Below are positions 15,617-24,099 of a stretch of 24,572 nt of DNA, piece by piece. The DNA lies in NCBI GenBank assembly GCA_043813875.1, contig JBDRKP010000004.1, forward strand, positions 1-24,572, given 5' to 3'. How positions within the stretch are numbered: the first letter of the stretch is position 1; each line of letters begins with the position of its first letter. Made by a program: the position numbers and the translations under genes. Source of the stretch: an archaeon. Its GTDB lineage: Archaea; EX4484-52; B79-G9. Below the pieces are notes generated by a model. The model ran no database searches and was not told the origin of the DNA. It saw nothing but the letters and a program-made list of their open reading frames with translations.

Positions 15617-17571
15617 AGGTCAAGAAGATGATGAAGGTCAAGGAGTTCCATGATGTACTCCCGATTGATGAGGCGCGGAGGCGGTTTTATGAGAGGATCG
15701 ACTGCGGGGCGCTTCGCTCTGTGACGGTTGACCTGGATTGCGCGCCCGGGCGGGTACTGTCCTGTGATGTTTCTGCTGGTATCGATGTGCCGGGGTTCTC
15801 CCGGTCGAACAGGGACGGGTATGCTGTTGTCGCGAGGGATACATATGGCGCTGATGAGGAGAGGGCGGTTGCGCTTGAGGTGTCTTCTTCTGTGATCAGC
15901 GCGGGGGCTGATGCGGGTTTAGAGGTTGCTCTGGGGCAGGCGGCAAGGATCGCTACGGGGGCGCCGATGCCGAGGGGGGCTAATGCGGTGGTGATGTCGG
16001 AGTATTGCAATGAGGCGGATGGAAAGGTTGATGTTTCCAGGGCTGTTTATCCCGGTGAGAATGTGATGCATGCGGGGCAGGATATCATGCAGGGCGAGGT
16101 GGTGCTGAGGCGCGGGACGCGGATAGGCTTTCGGGAGACGGCTGTGCTTGCGGCGATCGGGGCGAAGGCTGTTGATGTGTATAAGAGGCCGAGGGTCGCG
16201 GTAATCTCTACGGGCAATGAGATTGTTGAGGCCGGAGGGAAGCTGCCTTTCGGGAAGATATATGATGTCAATTCGAGGATGATCGCTGATGCGTGCCGGG
16301 AGATCGGGGCTGATGCGGATGTTTTGGGGATAGCGAAGGATGATGAAGCAAAAGTCATGAAGCTCCTGAGGAAGGGGCTTATGTATGATGCTGTGATCAT
16401 CTCCGGGGGGACGTCTGCCGGACAGGGTGATGTGTCTTACAGGGTTATCGATAAGCTTGAGCCGGGGATTATCGTCCATGGGGTGGCGATGAAGCCGGGA
16501 AAGCCGGTGGTGCTTGCGGCCTCGGGCAAGAAGCCCATCTTTGTGCTGCCGGGGTTTCCTATGTCTTGTATCGTGACGTTCAATGTGTTTGCGAGACCTG
16601 TGCTGCTTGGCATGGCGGGCGCGGGGGATGCGACTCTTAACAGGATTCGGGCGAAGCTTGCCTTGAAGTATGTGTCGGATGGGGGGAAGCATGAGTTTGT
16701 GCTTTCTAATGTGGTGCTTTCGGGTGATGGGGGATATTATGCGTATCCGATCATGAAGGGGTCAGGGGCTGTGTCGGGGTTTTCGCTTGCTGACGGGTAT
16801 TTTGAGGTGGGGGCCGGCGTGGAGTATGCTGATTGCGGGGATGAGGTAGAGGTTGTGCTGCTATCTTTGAAGACCGGTGTTTCTGATCTTGTGTTTATCG
16901 GGAGCCAGTGCATGGGCGCGGATGCGGCGATCGGGATGTTTCCGGGGACTGTGAAGGTCATCAATGCCGGGTCTATGGGCGGGCTTCTTGCGTGCCGGCG
17001 GGGGGAGGCGGATGTGGCCGGGATGCATCTTATGCGTGACGGGGTTTATAATGTGCCGTTCATGGAGAAGGGACTTGTGCTTGTGCGGGGGTATCGGCGA
17101 AAGCAGGGGATCATGTATTGTTCTCTGCGACATAAGTCGATTGATGAGTTTCTTGATGATGATGAGCTATTGTTCATCAACAGGAACGGGGGATCGGGGA
17201 CGAGGATACTTACGGATATGTTGATTGATGAGTATGCGCGCAAGCGCGGGGTTGATGCTGATGCGGTGCGAGGGCGGATAAGAGGGTTTGACAATGAGGC
17301 GAAGTCGCATAATGCTGTGGCATGCGCGGTTGCTGCAGGGAAGGCGGATTGGGGGATAGGGATTTTGTCTTCGGCTAAGATGTACGGGCTGAAGTTCGTT
17401 GAATTGCGGGATGAGGAGTATGATTTCTGCGTGCCGATGAGCAAGTTTTCAAAGAAGGGAGTGCAGGAGTTCATATCTGTGCTCAAGTCTGATGCGTTCA
17501 AGAAGAGGATAGAGAAGATGGAGGGGTTTGTCGCGACGGAGGATATGGGGGAGGTTGTTTATCGAGGGTAG
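15613..17571 (+). CDS. moeA: MoeA fused to a C-terminal periplasmic-binding-protein-like (PBP) domain
   Basis: FSRSNRDGYAV, STGNE, SGGTSAG, KPGKP and LPGFP, then the PBP part GSMGGLLA...ADVAGMHL, FINRNGGSGTRIL, VAAGKADWGIG, EEYDF. ATG 15613 overlaps the upstream stop (ATGA). Confidence 0.95.
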   Translation: MKVKKMMKVKEFHDVLPIDEARRRFYERIDCGALRSVTVDLDCAPGRVLSCDVSAGIDVPGFSRSNRDGYAVVARDTYGADEERAVALEVSSSVISAGADAGLEVALGQAARIATGAPMPRGANAVVMSEYCNEADGKVDVSRAVYPGENVMHAGQDIMQGEVVLRRGTRIGFRETAVLAAIGAKAVDVYKRPRVAVISTGNEIVEAGGKLPFGKIYDVNSRMIADACREIGADADVLGIAKDDEAKVMKLLRKGLMYDAVIISGGTSAGQGDVSYRVIDKLEPGIIVHGVAMKPGKPVVLAASGKKPIFVLPGFPMSCIVTFNVFARPVLLGMAGAGDATLNRIRAKLALKYVSDGGKHEFVLSNVVLSGDGGYYAYPIMKGSGAVSGFSLADGYFEVGAGVEYADCGDEVEVVLLSLKTGVSDLVFIGSQCMGADAAIGMFPGTVKVINAGSMGGLLACRRGEADVAGMHLMRDGVYNVPFMEKGLVLVRGYRRKQGIMYCSLRHKSIDEFLDDDELLFINRNGGSGTRILTDMLIDEYARKRGVDADAVRGRIRGFDNEAKSHNAVACAVAAGKADWGIGILSSAKMYGLKFVELRDEEYDFCVPMSKFSKKGVQEFISVLKSDAFKKRIEKMEGFVATEDMGEVVYRG

Positions 17572-17673
17572 TCTTTTTGAATTACGGACTGACTGACGAG
17601 GAAGCAGACTTTTTATGCGCATGTAATGTTTGGTCTTAAAACTATCGACCTTAACTATAAAAGAAAGAGCCAG

Positions 17674-18612
17674 TTATTTCTTCTTGCCATTGCCGTTATC
17701 GTTGCCGCTGTTGCCATTTCCTGAATTGCAGCTTCCATTATCGCCGTTGTTGCCGTTGTTATCATTGCCGCCGGCGTTGCCGTTGTCGTCATCGCCGGAA
17801 TCGTCATTGTTGCCATTGCCGCCCTGATTGTTATCATTGTTGTCGTTGCCGCCAGCGTTGCCGTTGTCGTCATGGTCATTGTCATCATTCTTGCCATTGC
17901 CGCCAGCGTTGCTGTTGTCGTCATGGTCGTTGTCATCATTCTTGCCGTTGCCGCCGGCGTTGCCGTTGTCGTCATGGCCGTTGTCATCATTCTTGCCATT
18001 GCCGCCAGCGTTGCTGTTGTCGTCATGGCCGTCTTCGTCATCATCACTACCGCACTCTCCATTGCCGTGGGACTTGGGCAACACTTCCAGCGTGACCGTT
18101 TCTGATTCATCGCCGTTCACTATAAGCGTGATCTCATACGTCCCGTGGCAATGTTCCTTTATGAAGCCCTTGTTGGTCTCGATCCTCATCGTGTACCTGT
18201 ACCTGTGCTCATTGCCGTAACCGTAGCCGTAGCCGTATTCATATTCATGCTGATTTTGATTTCTGAACTTGATACCCTTGCATGCGTCTGACTTATCATC
18301 ATCGTCTTCTTCATCGTCTTCGTCTTCCTCATCGTCATCATTGCCTTTCACTTTCTTCATGTTGTCGCTGTTGCCCTTGAGCGCGAAATCGCATGTGTTG
18401 GATGATCCATCCTCGAAAGTGATGTTGACTAAAAGAGAACTTATTTCTTCGCCTTCAGGATCAATCGTCACGTCGAACTCGAACTTGTCGCCGAGATAAA
18501 CATTCCCTTCTGTCTCACCAATATCAAAAGTCGCTGCCTGTGTGGGGGATGCCATCACAAGTACAAGAAGTACAAACATTGTTATTATGATGCTTGTAAG
18601 GTCTGTTTTCAT
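17674..18612 (-). CDS. Secreted protein with an Ig-like YGYGYG domain, acidic run and Asn/Gly/Asp/His low-complexity tail
   Basis: Signal peptide (…SPTQA/A); DDDEEDEDDEEDDDD; YEYGYGYGYG; repeated HDDNxNAGGNGKNDDN. Confidence 0.8.
   Translation of the reverse strand: MKTDLTSIIITMFVLLVLVMASPTQAATFDIGETEGNVYLGDKFEFDVTIDPEGEEISSLLVNITFEDGSSNTCDFALKGNSDNMKKVKGNDDDEEDEDDEEDDDDKSDACKGIKFRNQNQHEYEYGYGYGYGNEHRYRYTMRIETNKGFIKEHCHGTYEITLIVNGDESETVTLEVLPKSHGNGECGSDDDEDGHDDNSNAGGNGKNDDNGHDDNGNAGGNGKNDDNDHDDNSNAGGNGKNDDNDHDDNGNAGGNDNNDNNQGGNGNNDDSGDDDNGNAGGNDNNGNNGDNGSCNSGNGNSGNDNGNGKKK
17840..18043. repeat. Intragenic 51-bp tandem repeat (~4 units)
   Basis: Units start at about 17840, 17891, 17942 and 17993 (TTGCCRTTGCCGCCRGCGTTGCYGTTGTCGTCATGG...). 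A further partial unit lies near 17759-17795. Confidence 0.9.
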
Positions 18613-18741
18613 AACACTTCATAATGCGATGGTAAACTTATAAATGTTTTTATGGAACAGTGACTAAAATGAGGTGTTTTTGCAGAGATTTCTGTGATCG
18701 GGGTGATGATTGATTCCCTTTTCTTCCAAAAACGAGAAGAA

Positions 18742-19203
18742 TCACCTGATCACAATATCCTGCTTCCTTGAGATATCTGTGCTGTATGGGACATCGAGAT
18801 TGGCCTTCACGAACCATCTTGTCTTTCTTCTTGTGCCGCTCACCATATCCATGACGCCGATGACGCCGCCCATCACATTATCCGGGGCTTTCTGGCCTTT
18901 CAGGGCATCTGGCGGGACTGTGATCTCGAAGTCATAAACTTTCTCTGTATATTCTTTCTCACTGTCAAGAGGCAGGGTTATGTCGCATAATCTTTCTGTG
19001 CTTTTTCTTGTGCCAGGGCTGCCTTGCGGGTTTTCTGTGCGCCTTGTCGTGATCTCTTCGCATATGAGGCTGACTTCAAGCTTTCTTGCCTTCACGGGCT
19101 TCTTCAGCCTGAGATGGACTGTGCCCTTTATGGTCTCACCGGGTGAGAACGTAGATTTTGGAAGAACCAGATCAATCTTCCCGCTAAGAAATCCAAACAG
19201 CAT
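18742..19203 (-). CDS. SpoOM/arrestin-N-like beta-sandwich protein
   Basis: GKIDLVLPKSTFSPGETIKGTVHL...VKARKLEVSL...YDFEITVP...WFVKANLDVPYSTD. Confidence 0.75.
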   Translation of the reverse strand: MLFGFLSGKIDLVLPKSTFSPGETIKGTVHLRLKKPVKARKLEVSLICEEITTRRTENPQGSPGTRKSTERLCDITLPLDSEKEYTEKVYDFEITVPPDALKGQKAPDNVMGGVIGVMDMVSGTRRKTRWFVKANLDVPYSTDISRKQDIVIR

Positions 19204-19271
19204 ATGATCACACTCCTAGAATTGTCTTATAAGATATTGGCATGAGAGAATATATATAGTAGTGATGCGGA

Positions 19272-20966
19272 TTAGGGGAGGATTACGGTCTGGTTGTCGC
19301 CGCCGATGTTGAAATATGCGTCTTTTGTCATGAAAGTGCCTGTGAAGTTGTATATGCCTGGAACCGATGACCTTGCGGTGTACGTATAGACCGCGTCTTT
19401 CACGTCAAGCTTGTGAAGCTTGCTTTTTACCACGACCCACCTGAGAGTCCTCCCATACGGATCATAGCTTGCTGTCCCTTTGTCCACGAGCACGATGCCT
19501 GGAGGAAGGTACTCTGTCATGAAATAGTATGGTGGCGCATTAGTATCGTCAATGTCGACTGTGATGTTGACCGTGAATACGACGCCTTCGCTGGCGCTTT
19601 CTGGCAGGTCGCGCATCACGCTTAACGACCCATAGGGCGATGGCTTTGGTGGCAGCGGACAGCCCTCGTCCACACTGTCTGTCTTTCCGTTGCAGTTGTT
19701 GTCCAAGCCGTCATTGCAGATCTCTTCTGGCGGAGACAGGCAATCGAAGCAGCCTTCAATCTCTTCACATGTATCATAGTTGATGCAGCTCTTCTTTACG
19801 CCTTCGTCTATCTCAGTGTCGCAGTCATCGTCAATGCCGTTGCAGACTTCTGTCGCGCCAGGGTGGACATGATAGTCTTTATCATTGCAGTCCTGAGGCA
19901 AGAACCAGTTGTCTTCGTCTTCGTCGATGGAGCCCGGCAACACGCCGCCTATGCAGTTCAGGTAGCTGTCGCCTTCAATCCTCTGCACTTCCTTTGCCTC
20001 CCTTATCGTGCCGAACAGGTATTGGCCGTCCTCAACTTCAGGGATGAGCCTGTATATCACTGATGTGTCCTCTACCTCTGTCTTGTGAAGCTTTGATTTT
20101 GCTATGAACCAGCTCAATATCCTTGTCTTATTGTTGAACTTGCCGCCATTGGCATCACTGACCGTGAAGCCTTCGGGGATGTACTCTTTCAGCATAAGGA
20201 ATGGAGGCTTCCTTGCCTCATTCACGTCTATATTTATGGTGACATTCAGTTCCTCGCTCACATTGCAGATCAGAGGAAGCACGCGCATCGAGTTGAACAT
20301 GCCTGTGCAATTCTTCTGGCCGCCTTCGGGGTTGCACAGAGTCTCGAGATGTTTCTTCAGAAGAGTCATCGTCTTCTGCTGCGAATAATAGATGTAGCTA
20401 TCTCCCCCATTCTCTGCATGCAGCGACATCCTTATCTTGTAGATGCCGCCAAGAGTGTAGATGTTGTTGTTGCTGTATTTCAGCGTATCCCATGTGATAT
20501 TGTAGCTAAGCTCAGCAGGAAGGCCGCTATCTCCAAAGCCGTAGCCGTAGCCGAAAGTCGGTGCAAGACCGGTAAGGTTATCGATAGCAAACATATAATC
20601 GCTATAATTCATATCAGTCAATAGGGTATTTGTGATGTTAAGTGACTTGCATTTAAAGATAGCAGCAGATTCGGGCAGAATGGTGCCGTTCGGATAGAAA
20701 AAGCAAGTGACTGTGTCAGCCATCCATGGGCCGTCAATCTCAAGATCAAGCCTTTTGACAGGCAGATTCTCATCCGGCCCTAAATCAACATCAAGAGTGA
20801 AGCTGACCTTGTCGCCGCTGAATGCTGTAGGAGGCAGATTCTTTATTATCAGAAACATAGCATCTGCGGGTCCGGCAGCCACGAGTATCGCAACAACAAA
20901 TACAGAAATAATAATACTAACAAACATATTACTGCCTGAACCTGAGCGTAAACGCAAGAGATTCAT
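19272..20966 (-). CDS. Secreted multidomain protein: YGYG domain, two Ig-like (DUF11-like) domains and MopE-related Cys/Asp metal-binding repeats
   Basis: Signal peptide (start may be 20927); FGYGYGFG; DCND...VHPGATEVCNGIDDDCDTEIDEG and EICNDGLDNNCNGKTD; duplicated E.[IL]P.G...W...KSKLHK..V.D...Y domain. Confidence 0.82.
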   Translation of the reverse strand: MNLLRLRSGSGSNMFVSIIISVFVVAILVAAGPADAMFLIIKNLPPTAFSGDKVSFTLDVDLGPDENLPVKRLDLEIDGPWMADTVTCFFYPNGTILPESAAIFKCKSLNITNTLLTDMNYSDYMFAIDNLTGLAPTFGYGYGFGDSGLPAELSYNITWDTLKYSNNNIYTLGGIYKIRMSLHAENGGDSYIYYSQQKTMTLLKKHLETLCNPEGGQKNCTGMFNSMRVLPLICNVSEELNVTINIDVNEARKPPFLMLKEYIPEGFTVSDANGGKFNNKTRILSWFIAKSKLHKTEVEDTSVIYRLIPEVEDGQYLFGTIREAKEVQRIEGDSYLNCIGGVLPGSIDEDEDNWFLPQDCNDKDYHVHPGATEVCNGIDDDCDTEIDEGVKKSCINYDTCEEIEGCFDCLSPPEEICNDGLDNNCNGKTDSVDEGCPLPPKPSPYGSLSVMRDLPESASEGVVFTVNITVDIDDTNAPPYYFMTEYLPPGIVLVDKGTASYDPYGRTLRWVVVKSKLHKLDVKDAVYTYTARSSVPGIYNFTGTFMTKDAYFNIGGDNQTVILP

Positions 20967-21283
20967 TGTCGCACCGGAAGAATTTTAACTGACCCCATAA
21001 CCTATCCCCATACCTAACCCTATACTCCGATATACACATTTTATCTTTATTCTTCAAACTTTATAAATGGGTATTGTTCCAAGAAAACGATGTGCTACGA
21101 TACATAAAAATATGCCGGTATGCTCCAAACAGATGTTCTTTTAAGTAGTGACAAGCAGTCTGTGAAACGGTCTGTTTATGAGTAATGCAACCAGATAGTA
21201 ACAAAGTTTAAAAAGATATATGATGATATCATGAATCACTACCGAACAATTAGTTCAACATGTATCTTATACGATGTGGTAAC

Positions 21284-22465
21284 ATGAAAAAAACATCCAT
21301 GCCTGTTTCAATGCCGGGACTTCTTAGCCTTATTGCAATCATGACAATCGCGCTTTTTGCAGCGAACGGATACTCAACGCAGTCAACACTTTCATTGAAT
21401 GTCAATACTCTAAACGACTCAATATACACAACAATAAATATCAACGGCCAGCTGATTGTTGACAGCGTACCGAAACAAGGAGCAAGAATCGGCGTGACTG
21501 TAGACAATAAAGACGGAAATCACATATATGCAGATGAGCTGACGACAAACACGACAGGACATTATACGACATATTTCAAGCTGGAAAATACGGCAACCGG
21601 GAGATATACAGTCTTTGCATCTTCATCGAGCACACAGGCAGAAAGCATAATCTCTACGCAATCCTTCACGGTCGGCGAATGCAGCGAAGACTGGCAATAC
21701 AGCAACTGGTCTGTCTGCGGCGCAAACTCGCTACAGACGCGCACATCCACTGACCTGAACAACTGCGGCACGACAGAAAACAGGTCTGCTTTGAGCAGGT
21801 CGTGTGAGCCTGCATGCTCAGCACTCGGCGGAGAGATATGCTCTGTCACCCAGAGATGCGACGGGTCATACATCGATGCGCCTGATACTGACAGGTGCTG
21901 CGACGGGACATGCACATCAGCAACCACCAGCACGACCACAGCAACAAACAATAATAACCAGAACACTCAACCGCCTGCAACTGAAAATACTGATGATGGG
22001 GCTGATAATGATGAGACTGGAGCGGACACAGACGCCAATCAAGCGCCAGCAGATAATGTTGCCGATAATGATGATACCCTTGACGACGCGCCCGTAAGCA
22101 TGACGCTCAATGGGACCAAAAGCGAGACAGATGATTCCGAAAAGATAACAGATCAGACGCCTACAGGCAGATTCTTATCTCTTGTATCAAACAACAGATG
22201 GGCCATCATAGATATAATCCTTTTAGTTATGATTGTCTTCATAGGCAAAAAGATGATGCTTAAAAAAGAAATGGCAGCGCCACAGAAGTACAGCTTCAAG
22301 CCGAAAGCAGGCAAACCAGGATTAATAAAGTCTTTGCTGAACCTTTCAAGCATCGTCCCTTCACTGGAGTTCGGGTACAAGCGTGGCGATAATGATACGG
22401 ATACTGGCTACGGAAAAATGCGGCCTGTCAGGAAACTAAGAGTCGTCCTGGAGAATGATGAGTAA
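21284..22465 (+). CDS. Membrane-anchored surface protein: Ig-like domain, TSP1-like Cys module, Thr/Asp-rich stalk, TM
   Basis: Signal peptide; CSEDWQYSNWSVC...QTRTSTDLNNCGT; CC motif; PTGRF preceding the TM WAIIDIILLVMIVFIGKK. Confidence 0.8.
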   Translation: MKKTSMPVSMPGLLSLIAIMTIALFAANGYSTQSTLSLNVNTLNDSIYTTININGQLIVDSVPKQGARIGVTVDNKDGNHIYADELTTNTTGHYTTYFKLENTATGRYTVFASSSSTQAESIISTQSFTVGECSEDWQYSNWSVCGANSLQTRTSTDLNNCGTTENRSALSRSCEPACSALGGEICSVTQRCDGSYIDAPDTDRCCDGTCTSATTSTTTATNNNNQNTQPPATENTDDGADNDETGADTDANQAPADNVADNDDTLDDAPVSMTLNGTKSETDDSEKITDQTPTGRFLSLVSNNRWAIIDIILLVMIVFIGKKMMLKKEMAAPQKYSFKPKAGKPGLIKSLLNLSSIVPSLEFGYKRGDNDTDTGYGKMRPVRKLRVVLENDE

Positions 22466-22479
22466 AATACATAAAGGTA

Positions 22480-23076
22480 ATGGTGAATATAATGAGTCTT
22501 AAAAAAATGAGTATAATCCTTGCGATAATGCTTGCGGCATTTTTCGTGCCAGCTGCATTCGCTGCGAGCGATATCGCGATAACAAGGACAGCCAGCAGTC
22601 AAGTCAATGCAGGCGAGACGCTTGAGGTCCAGCTGAATGTGGATGTGGATGAGCAAAACAAGCCGACGACATACATAATCACTGAGATTGTCCCGGAAGG
22701 TTTTGAAGTCGTTGACACCGATGCAAGGGCGACTGATGAAAAACAGATGAAGTGGGTCGCTATCGAGGGCCTTTTCGGCGGGAAGGTAGAGGATACGACT
22801 TACGTGTATCATCTTAGGGCGCCTATGGCTCCCGGAGACTATGAGTTCAACGGCAGCGTGATGCTAAAGGACCAGACAAAAGAAGCGATACAGGGAGCCT
22901 CAATAATCAAAGTTGCGGCAGAAGCAGAAGGAAATGATGTGACTGTAAAAGCCACTTCAGAAAATAGCTATATGGGATACCTGCCTTATGCTGTCGCCCT
23001 TATCGTCATAATTGCCGCGATCGCATTCTATCCGAAAAAGAAGATACAAAAAAAAGCAAAAGATGAGAAAAAATGA
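22480..23076 (+). CDS. Membrane-anchored single Ig-like-domain surface protein
   Basis: Signal peptide; ITEIVPEGFEVV...W...Y...PGDYEFNG; C-terminal TM followed by a Lys-rich tail. Confidence 0.8.
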   Translation: MVNIMSLKKMSIILAIMLAAFFVPAAFAASDIAITRTASSQVNAGETLEVQLNVDVDEQNKPTTYIITEIVPEGFEVVDTDARATDEKQMKWVAIEGLFGGKVEDTTYVYHLRAPMAPGDYEFNGSVMLKDQTKEAIQGASIIKVAAEAEGNDVTVKATSENSYMGYLPYAVALIVIIAAIAFYPKKKIQKKAKDEKK

Positions 23077-24017
23077 AAAAGAGCATTTTCGCCCTGATAA
23101 GTGTAGTGCTTATGGTTTATTTATCGCTCAGCATGTCTTATGCGGCGACGGTCACGAGCGCTACGCGAACTGTTCCTGAGTTCGTCGATCCGGACACTGA
23201 ATTTGATGTGACTGTCAATGTCGAGGCGGGCGAGGGATCTTTAAGCTATATACTTTATGAAAGGGTCGATGATGGATTGACGCTTGTGAGCTCCAACCCG
23301 CAATATTTCGCGTTCAATGAAGAGAACAGAAAAATCATGTGGGTCATAATGGATGAGAAGACCATCACATACAGATTGCGAAGCTCTGTACCGGGGACTT
23401 ATGTGTTCAACGGGAACGTGATTGCCGGAAATGATACATTGAGTGTCGAAGGAGATATATCTGTCAAGGTGAGAGATAACTGCACTGAGAACTGGACGTG
23501 CGGATACTGGTCCGAATGCCTTGACGGCGAACAGACCAGAGAATGCCAGGACGAGAATCAATGCCTGTTTCCTGTGAGCATACCACCGATGGCGGAAGAA
23601 TGCAGCGAAGAGGTGCCTCCCCCGGAGGATGAAGAGGCTGTCACTCCACCTGCAAATACAGGAGGCAGTAGTTCCGGTGGTGGCGGAACTGTAACTATAA
23701 TCACAAATATCACAACAGATGATGATGAGCAAAACCAGACTGTCAACAATACTGAAAATGACGAGTCTCCGGGCAATGTTACTGCGCCCGGCGAGGTGAA
23801 AGAGAATAAAACGGATCCTGAAAAGATAACCGGTCTCGTCACTTCGGGCGACAGCAACAAGTCCGGAGGACAAGGGAGCGCAGTCACGGAAATCCCTGGT
23901 GACAGCACGAAGAGCGAAGACAAGCCTGCTGAGTCCAGTAAAATGCCGCTTCTTACGAAGGCCCTCATCTCAATCATGATAGTGGCAGTAATAATAGCAG
24001 CTATAAGATCCAGATAA
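23073..24017 (+). CDS. Membrane-anchored surface protein: Ig-like domain, TSP1-like Cys module, acidic stalk, TM
   Basis: Signal peptide; PGTYVFNG; CTENWTCGYWSEC...QTRECQDENQC; GGSSSGGGG; C-terminal TM. Confidence 0.8.
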   Translation: MKKSIFALISVVLMVYLSLSMSYAATVTSATRTVPEFVDPDTEFDVTVNVEAGEGSLSYILYERVDDGLTLVSSNPQYFAFNEENRKIMWVIMDEKTITYRLRSSVPGTYVFNGNVIAGNDTLSVEGDISVKVRDNCTENWTCGYWSECLDGEQTRECQDENQCLFPVSIPPMAEECSEEVPPPEDEEAVTPPANTGGSSSGGGGTVTIITNITTDDDEQNQTVNNTENDESPGNVTAPGEVKENKTDPEKITGLVTSGDSNKSGGQGSAVTEIPGDSTKSEDKPAESSKMPLLTKALISIMIVAVIIAAIRSR

Positions 24018-24099
24018 ATAATTGACTATAAAAAAGCAAAGTATTATATTATAGTTAATATTAATATAGTGATATATTAAAATGCTAAATGGTATTGCC

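Noticed and set aside
17588..17612. CUGACGA hammerhead core
   Set aside because: No stem II or GAAA follows.
24040..24082. TTAATATTAA palindrome upstream of the vWA gene
   Set aside because: Expected by chance in a nearly pure A/T promoter region.
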